Source: Gekko japonicus
Taxonomy: Eukaryota
Reading direction: 5' to 3'
Assembly (NCBI RefSeq): GCF_001447785.1
Contig: NW_015168111.1
Location: 100,354-164,353 of the forward strand
Length of the DNA: 64,000 nt
Part shown: piece by piece, positions 57,678 to 64,000 of the stretch
Layout: the number at the start of each line of letters is the position of its first letter
How positions within the stretch are numbered: the stretch's first letter is position 1
Notes under the pieces: model-generated
Databases searched by the model: none
What the model was told of the DNA's origin: nothing
Seen by the model: the letters and a program-made list of their open reading frames with translations, nothing else
Translations under genes and position numbers: made by a program

Positions 57678-57832
57678 AGCACAGTGGTAGAACACATACT
57701 CTGAGTGTTGACGGTCTCACCTGGCACTTTCAGCTGGAAGACACCCAACCTTGGAGAGCTGCTGCCAATCAGAATATACTGTACTGTGCTAAATGGGCCA
57801 ATGGTCAGACTCAGTATAGGGCAGCTTCATAC
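57678..57832 (+). mobile_element. tRNA-derived SINE with CR1-type tail (diverged)
   Basis: GGAGAGCTGCTGCCA...CCAATGGTCAGACTCAGTATAGGGCAGCTTCAT. Confidence 0.7.
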
Positions 57833-58639
57833 ATTATTAATCACCCAATTCTGTGAGAAGTCCATTAAAGCTGACCCTACAACTGTGTCTTTCAGATTCT
57901 AGTCAACTCAGCACACTGTTGCATGGTTTTAGTTGCAGTTTTATGTAACACATCAGGTAGAATCCCTTATCAATGGCTTTTCTCCAACAGCACAACAATG
58001 CATGAGTAAATGAATACACATTCATATGTGATATTGTTGAAAGGTTTGTGGAGGGGAAGAAAGATCATATCAGAAAATTTTAAACATATTAGTCTCAGTG
58101 AGAGAGTTTGTGTCCCTGAGAACTCCTTGGCAATGTATCCCACAGGATATCTGACAGAACTAACATAATAATGAAAGGTGGTGTGAGATTATGTGGAAAA
58201 AAATAAATTGTAATTTTTGGAAAGGTGGGTATATGAAGTGTCAGGAATGGGGACACAATATTGTATAGTACTGCTAATAAATGGCTTCAAGGTGGACAGA
58301 AATATTAAGTGTTTATTTAACTACTGATTACACTTTCATACTGCTCTTCTTCTGAATAGCTCATAATAACTTCCCTTTGGTGCCCCAATGGCCTCAAACT
58401 AGCACTATACAGAGAAAGACAGAATTAGCTTCACTGAAAAAAGTGGCCATGTGCCTCAAGCTCATTCCTTGTCCTATTGTTACCTGACTTTTTAATCCTC
58501 AAGAAACCCACCACAAAAAAATTAAACAAAAAGTGAGCTTCAGAACATACTCTGACATACTATAACCATTATTTTACAGTTTACTGGGGTGTGTTTAATT
58601 GAAAGGATTCCACAGAGGTCCCTCACTCTTAAATATTTA

Positions 58640-59572
58640 TCATTTTGAAGACATTAACTTTAACACTGTCCTCTTGAGAGCCTTCTTAACATCCTTGTTC
58701 CTCAGACTGTAGATAATGGGATTCAATATCGGGGTAATAACTGAATAGAAAAGAGAGAGGAGTTTGTCCACATTCAGAGAGTAACTAGATTTGGGGCGTA
58801 TGTATATGAAAATGGCTGTGCCGTAGAATAAGGAGACCACAATGAGGTGTGAGGAGCAGGTGGAGAAAGCCTTCTGTTGGCTTTTGGCTGATTTCATCCT
58901 TAGGATGGTGGCAATGATATGGAAATAGGACAAAAGTATCAGCATGAAGGGCATCAGGATCACAAACGCAGCTGCCCCAATGATTTGGATTTCATTCCAG
59001 TAGGTGTCCCCACACACCAGCTTCAACACTGGCTGGATTTCACAGAAGAAATGGTTGATGACATTGGAGTCACAAAAAGGAAGGGTGAAGATGAAGGTGG
59101 TATGACCCACAGCCACTAGGCTGCCACAAGTCCAAGATAGGGCAGCCAGCTGAACACACACACTCTTTCTCATGATGACTGGGTAACACAATGGATTGCA
59201 TATAGCAACGTAGCGATCGTAGGCCATAAAGGCTAGGAGGCAGCATTCGGTGGCACCAAAGAAGAGGAAGAAATACATTTGAGTGGCACAGGCATGTAAG
59301 GAGATGGTTTTATCCCGAGCTAGGATGTTATCCAGCAATTTGGGAATGGTGACAGAAGTGTAGCAGATCTCTAAGAAAGACAAGTTTCTGAGGAAGAAGT
59401 ACATAGGAGTGGAGAGGGCAGAGTCAACATTAATGAGGACAATAATGAGGAGATTGCCAAGTACTGTGGCAATGTAAATGCACAGGAAGATGACAAAAAA
59501 GAGGATTTGCCAATGTGGGGCATTAGAGAAGCCCAGTAAAATAAAAGTCTTCACTGAGGTGACATTTTCCAT
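58640..59572 (-). CDS. Olfactory receptor, OR10C1-like, 310 aa
   Basis: NVT site, FFLFFGATECCLLA, GHT.FIF.LPFC, FFCEIQPVLKLVCGDT..NEIQII, FYGTAIFIYIRPK, TPILNPIIYSLRN. Start placed at MENVTS; the track start at 59677 is non-ATG and crosses acceptor-like tracts. Confidence 0.96.
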   Translation of the reverse strand: MENVTSVKTFILLGFSNAPHWQILFFVIFLCIYIATVLGNLLIIVLINVDSALSTPMYFFLRNLSFLEICYTSVTIPKLLDNILARDKTISLHACATQMYFFLFFGATECCLLAFMAYDRYVAICNPLCYPVIMRKSVCVQLAALSWTCGSLVAVGHTTFIFTLPFCDSNVINHFFCEIQPVLKLVCGDTYWNEIQIIGAAAFVILMPFMLILLSYFHIIATILRMKSAKSQQKAFSTCSSHLIVVSLFYGTAIFIYIRPKSSYSLNVDKLLSLFYSVITPILNPIIYSLRNKDVKKALKRTVLKLMSSK

Positions 59573-60154
59573 TATTTCTTCTTCTGCAGGCTGACTGGTT
59601 GGGAAGAGATGGAAACATATGACCCTTGATCTGAAAATAAATGTTAAAAGAAAATTGTCCATATTCTTTTCAGTCAATGCAGAGGAAGTGCAGGACCATA
59701 TTATGCATGCTGAAGTCTTTCCTACCTCTGAAATAAATGTTGGTGGCTCCTTTGGCTCTTTTCCAGTAGACTGAGTCAGGGCTGGAATCAGGGCCTTTTA
59801 ATAACTCCCGCAGCCCCCCATGAGACCAAATCCTTGGTGAGCTATAGGAGTTTGTTTGCTAATCACACTGAGGCAAATCCAAAGATGTTTTATGAGTGAA
59901 CAAGAGATGAATGTAATACAGGAGTGTGTTTATTTGCACTAGATCTGGAGACCCAGATTTATATCCTCACTCTGCCAAGGAAGCTGGATGAGTGACCTGG
60001 GGCAAGTCACTGTCTCAGCTAGGGTTGCCAACTCCAATGTGGTAAATTCTTGCAGATTTATGGGCAGTGCCTTCTGAAGGTAGAATTTGGGGAAGGCAGG
60101 GAGCTCATCATGGATATGATGTCACAGAGTGCACTTCCAAACTTTCCATGGAGG

Positions 60155-60690
60155 CTCATGGATCCTTCTGGATTCCAAAGTGCTATGGATGATGTTAGGA
60201 TTTCAGACACATCTTCTTTTGAGGTTGTAGTGGGATCTTGGAATGTGAAGCTCCTCAAAGCTCTGGACAAGACTGCTTTTTATTGATCTGCCCTTGGGGC
60301 AGAATCCAGTACTGTGGTCTTCTGTAGATCTGGATGACCTAAAGAGGGTTGGAAAATATCTGGAAAGACACTGGTTGAAAACTCACACTAAATCCAACAG
60401 GACATGCTATAGAGCCCATAGGAAGACTTATGAAGTGGTGGCAACAGCAGCTAAGAAATGTTATTTCTCCATCACCATTGCATAAAATAGATCATGACCA
60501 TCAGAATTGTTTAAGGTATCTTGANNNNNNNNNNNNNNNNNNNNNNNNNNNTTCAGGAACAGACAGTAGGTGTGACACCATTGTAATGTTGTTGTTGTGG
60601 GGTTTTTTGCTGACACTCTCATCTGGATGCTGACAGTAACAGAGGCCAAGCAGAAGAGCTGCTTAATACACAATATGGTGTGCTTATCAA
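60155..60690 (+). mobile_element. L2 LINE ORF2 fragment (EN-RT linker)
   Basis: LMDPSGFQ...WN..L..ALD...W...L..LK......ERHW.KT...R..YRA....Y......AKK.YFS..IA....P.ELF.V. Confidence 0.75.
60525..60551. other. Assembly gap
   Basis: Run of N. Confidence 1.
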
Positions 60691-60708
60691 CCATCTTGAC
60701 CAAGTTAC

Positions 60709-61661
60709 TGTGATGGATATTGATAGGGTGTTAGCCGAATTGCTTTATTTACAGCAATTGGCAATTTATAAATGGGTTCTTGCCAATGTATACCAAGGTC
60801 CTGATCCCACCTTGGGTGACCAGCAAAGGATTCTGAGGCTGTTGTAGTTAAAATAGATGTCTTTTACTAGAAATATATCTCATACAAACAATACTGATGC
60901 ACTCACACATTCAATCAAGGTCCTAAGAATTAAAGTAGGAAATAAGCACAATTGCATTAGCAGGTAGGGGTGATGACGGGTGATACTTATCTGTCTTGAT
61001 GGGATGGATGGGAAGAAATGGAAAAACAAATGAAGTCCACACGACCAGAACCAGCTGGAACGCGTGGGTCTCTTAACTGCAGATCAAGAGATCAATAGTA
61101 GAGGCAAGGGTTGGGGGATAGCAAGGGAGACTCAAGGGGACTAAAAGCAGACAGGGGTTGTCTTGGAGGAATGCTAGCTAGGAGGAGCCGGGTGACTGGT
61201 TCTCTCCTTTTATAGGAGGTCCAAGAGGTGGGTGGTAACTGTGCCAACCTCTTGACCCACCTACCTGTTAGTCCATCCCAAAAACAATCCTATTGGTTGC
61301 AGGTAGGTAGGGAGGTTACCTAAGAAGGATGGCCAATATTGTAACCTAAAACCTTAATCGAAGGATTGGCATCTGAGCAGGTGTGAAATCCAGGCTTCAG
61401 GATGCTTCCTTGTAGTGCTGATGAAGTTGGCCAGTTCCATCTGGCAGGAAATGCCAGCTCAGGAACAACGCAGTTACATGGCAATGGGTGATACGTGACC
61501 AGCAAGCAGCTTTGCCATGGTGGCTGTTTCTTCCCAAAGTTGTTGCTTCATTGCTAACAATAATGGAGATTTGTGCTTCTTCACCAGGCTGTGCAACTGT
61601 GTTGCTGATACCTTATTTACATGTAAGGTATGTGCAGGCACCCTCTATGTGTGTCATCACA
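60709..61661 (-). mobile_element. Putative solo LTR
   Basis: Perfect 7-bp inverted ends TGTGATG...CATCACA. On minus: CCAAT (about 61293), TATAAAA (about 61208), then AATAAA (about 60744). No clear TSD. Confidence 0.55.
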
Positions 61662-61728
61662 ACAGGTGACCTAAAGTACAGTTCTCTGAGCCCTTGTGTA
61701 TGTGCACAGTCCATTGTGTAGCAATAAG

Positions 61729-62049
61729 GTAAAGGTAAAGGTTCCCTTGCTCGAAAGCCAGTCGAATCCAACTCTAGGGTTGCGGTGCTCATCTCCGTTT
61801 CAAAGCCGAAGAGCCAGCGCTGTCCGAAGACGTTTCCGTGGTCATGTGGCCGGCATGACTAAACGCCAAGGCGCACGGAACGCTGTTACCTTCCCACCGA
61901 AGTGGTACCTATTTATCTACTTGCAATGTCTTGCTTTCGAACTGCTAGGTTGGCAAGGAGCTGGAACTAGAGACGGGAGCTCACTCCGTCTTGCAGCACC
62001 CGGGTCTCGAACTGCTGAACTACTGACCTTCCACAGCCTGCAATTCAGA
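61729..62049 (-). mobile_element. Sauria SINE
   Basis: (AAAGGT)n tail on plus, family core; 10-bp TSD TAGCAATAAG. Confidence 0.95.
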
Positions 62050-62094
62050 TAGCAATAAGCAATCCATAAAACAAATATCAGGCTTGTTCCCTAA

Positions 62095-62220
62095 TAAGGG
62101 TTCTGGTATCTGTGAAGGCCACCAGGTGTGACCTGGATGCTTGTCTATTCTAGCTGCTAAAATAATGGATGAACCACATTAATAAGCTCTTAATGGCACT
62201 GGAGCCTTTCCTTCCCCAGT
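62095..62220 (+). mobile_element. L2 ORF2 continuation
   Basis: VLVSVKATRCDLDACLF*LLK resembles L2 TTCxLDPCPSWLxK. Confidence 0.6.
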
Positions 62221-62229
62221 GCTCTACTT

Positions 62230-62717
62230 CTGGTCAGTTTCACACCCAGCGGATCAGCTGGGGAGTGAAATTGGCCAGCAGAAGCAGCTGGGCAGCAGAG
62301 GAAGGAAAGACCGGGGGTCATGTTTAAATGTCCCCCTTTTTTCCCCAGCCTGCCTGCCTTCCCAGATCAGCTTCCCCAGGCACCCCATGGCTGCAGGGTG
62401 CCTGGAGAAGCCAAGGAAAGGCAGTTTAAACTGACTTCCCTCCAAAGATCGGCTTTCCCAGGCTCACCATGGCTGCGGGGCATCTGGGGAAAAGAAGGGA
62501 AGGCAGAGAGGGTTAGTTTCACTGAAACTGATGCCTTCCCTACCTGACTTGGGCCCAATTAACACCAAATAAGATCAGCTTTTATTCAGGAACACCTTAT
62601 CGGGCAACTGAATCAGATTAGACAATCTGATCCAGTTTAACAAAAAAACCCCAACCCAATAGGGTATTTTTAGGGTTTTTTTTTTTCCAATTTGACAAAT
62701 CTGAATGCACACCCCTA
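62230..62717 (+). mobile_element. hAT-like non-autonomous element, right part
   Basis: Ends TGCACACCCCTA; GC-rich core similar to the interior of 3336-3712. Confidence 0.5.
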
Positions 62718-62855
62718 GTTAAGACAAAGTGATTTAAGTAGAAATGGTAGCCCAGAGTCTATATTTAAATGTTAGCATTCAATACAGTTTTTCATATGGT
62801 ATCTTATCAAATGCAACCTGGAAACCAATAAAGGCCACATTCAAAATATTTCCAT

Positions 62856-62965
62856 GGTCACAGGGTGTCTGTTGTGGGGAGGGAAAGGGAATGGAGTTTG
62901 TAAGCCGCTCTGAGACTCTGAGTGAAGGATGGGGTATAAATCCAATCTTTTCTTGTTCTTTGTCT
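62856..62965 (+). mobile_element. Squam3-type SINE 3' fragment
   Basis: TCACAGGGTGTCTGTTGTGGGG...GTAAGCCGCTCTGAGACTC...GGGGTATAAATCCAATCT. Confidence 0.85.
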
Positions 62966-63188
62966 TTGACATGTTTATTTATAATAAAGTTACTATGGCA
63001 ATCTCACCCTCTTTCCTCTCTCACATGCAGGATTTTCCCTCAGGTTTTTTTTCTTTATTTCTAAATGAGCAGCCCCTTTATCTATTTTCTTCTTATTTGA
63101 AGGTTTATGGCTGTTCGACATTATTATATTTTGATGCTAGCTCAGCCCAGGGACTTGAGGGAAGAGACAAGATCACCTCTTCAACTTA

Positions 63189-63363
63189 GGGCTCTTCCGC
63201 ATTCTCATTTTTGTCACTTGTTTGTCCCTATTGCTTTGCCCCCCCTTTTCCACATGTGTTTTGCTTCCTCTGGGACTATTAGAGAGAGCAAAACACATTG
63301 GGGGGGGGAGCCCTGAAGCAATAGGGACAAACAAGTGACAAAAATGACAATGTGGAAGAGCCC
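63189..63363. mobile_element. Tourist/Harbinger-type hairpin MITE
   Basis: About 50-bp near-perfect TIRs GGGCTCTTCCGCATT... / ...AATGTGGAAGAGCCC; canonical TTA TSD. Confidence 0.9.
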
Positions 63364-64000
63364 TTATACTTCTGAAAATGGCACATTGCAGGCTTTTGAC
63401 ATTTCAAAAAGAAACAAAAATATTTTATTTAACATAGAGGGGAAAGGGTTAGTGTAATTGGGGGAAAATGTCTGAGGGGAATCAATAATAACTCTGAGGT
63501 TACTTAGTAATTTCACCAACTACAGTTAATATCTTTCCAGCGAGTAAGAGTTTTAGCTTTTTCAAAGCTGAATAATAGAGATGAGAGGCTTTGGTTCCAG
63601 CATCTTCTAGACACTCCAAAATACATTCTTGAATTTAAATGACTCTTCAGGTTTCAGAAGGCAGGGATATACTACCAAGTACCCAAAATCCTTCTCTAAA
63701 CAAATCAGGAATCACTCCATGCTTTCGAGTTATCTCCCCTTTCAACTGGGCAGAAAATCACAACTCTAAAATAGAAGAGCTGTCCCTTTTTCTTGCCCAA
63801 ATGGGGGTGTTTAGTGATTCTCCCACTCCTCCTTGCCAACCTCCCAGTCCTTAGTCAGTGTTAAACTGAATTATCTCCAGCAGTCAATTCCCAGCTCTTT
63901 CTTTTCAACTGATGCTATCCAATGAAATTTGTTTAAGCGGCCTGTCACTCAAAGGCTCTCTGGCTCTGTGAGGCATTACCCTTTCAGAGTCTATCACGTT

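Noticed and set aside
60983-60993. U1 snRNA 5' end (ATACTTATCTG)
   Set aside because: An 11-nt match with one mismatch and no U1 body; better explained as a donor-like motif in the LTR-like element.

Overview
This is AT-rich, CpG-poor vertebrate genomic DNA with three short N gaps. The repeats (Sauria SINE, Squam3-type MIR-derived SINE, BovB, CR1, L2, many hAT and PIF/Harbinger MITEs) indicate a squamate reptile; a gecko is my best inference. The window is part of a class II olfactory receptor (OR) cluster: seven intact single-exon ORs (five OR10A-like, one OR10C1-like, one family 6/11-like) and one degraded OR pseudogene, 4-10 kb apart. The other ORFs in the track are antisense shadows, repeat-derived or noise. 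I found no new protein-coding system. The best candidates for undescribed biology are: (i) an abundant 5S-rRNA-headed, RTE-tailed SINE (9 copies, several with 12-14 bp TSDs); (ii) a LINE insertion with a 14-bp TSD that contains a copy of its own downstream flank, one of many local templated copies; (iii) three heavily decayed PIF/Harbinger transposase-like remnants alongside several 3-bp-TSD MITE families, some CpG-rich and next to OR genes; (iv) co-location of ORs resembling human OR10A7, OR10A2/5, OR10A4 and OR10C1, which lie on different human chromosomes. Family names come from recalled consensus sequences, not database searches.
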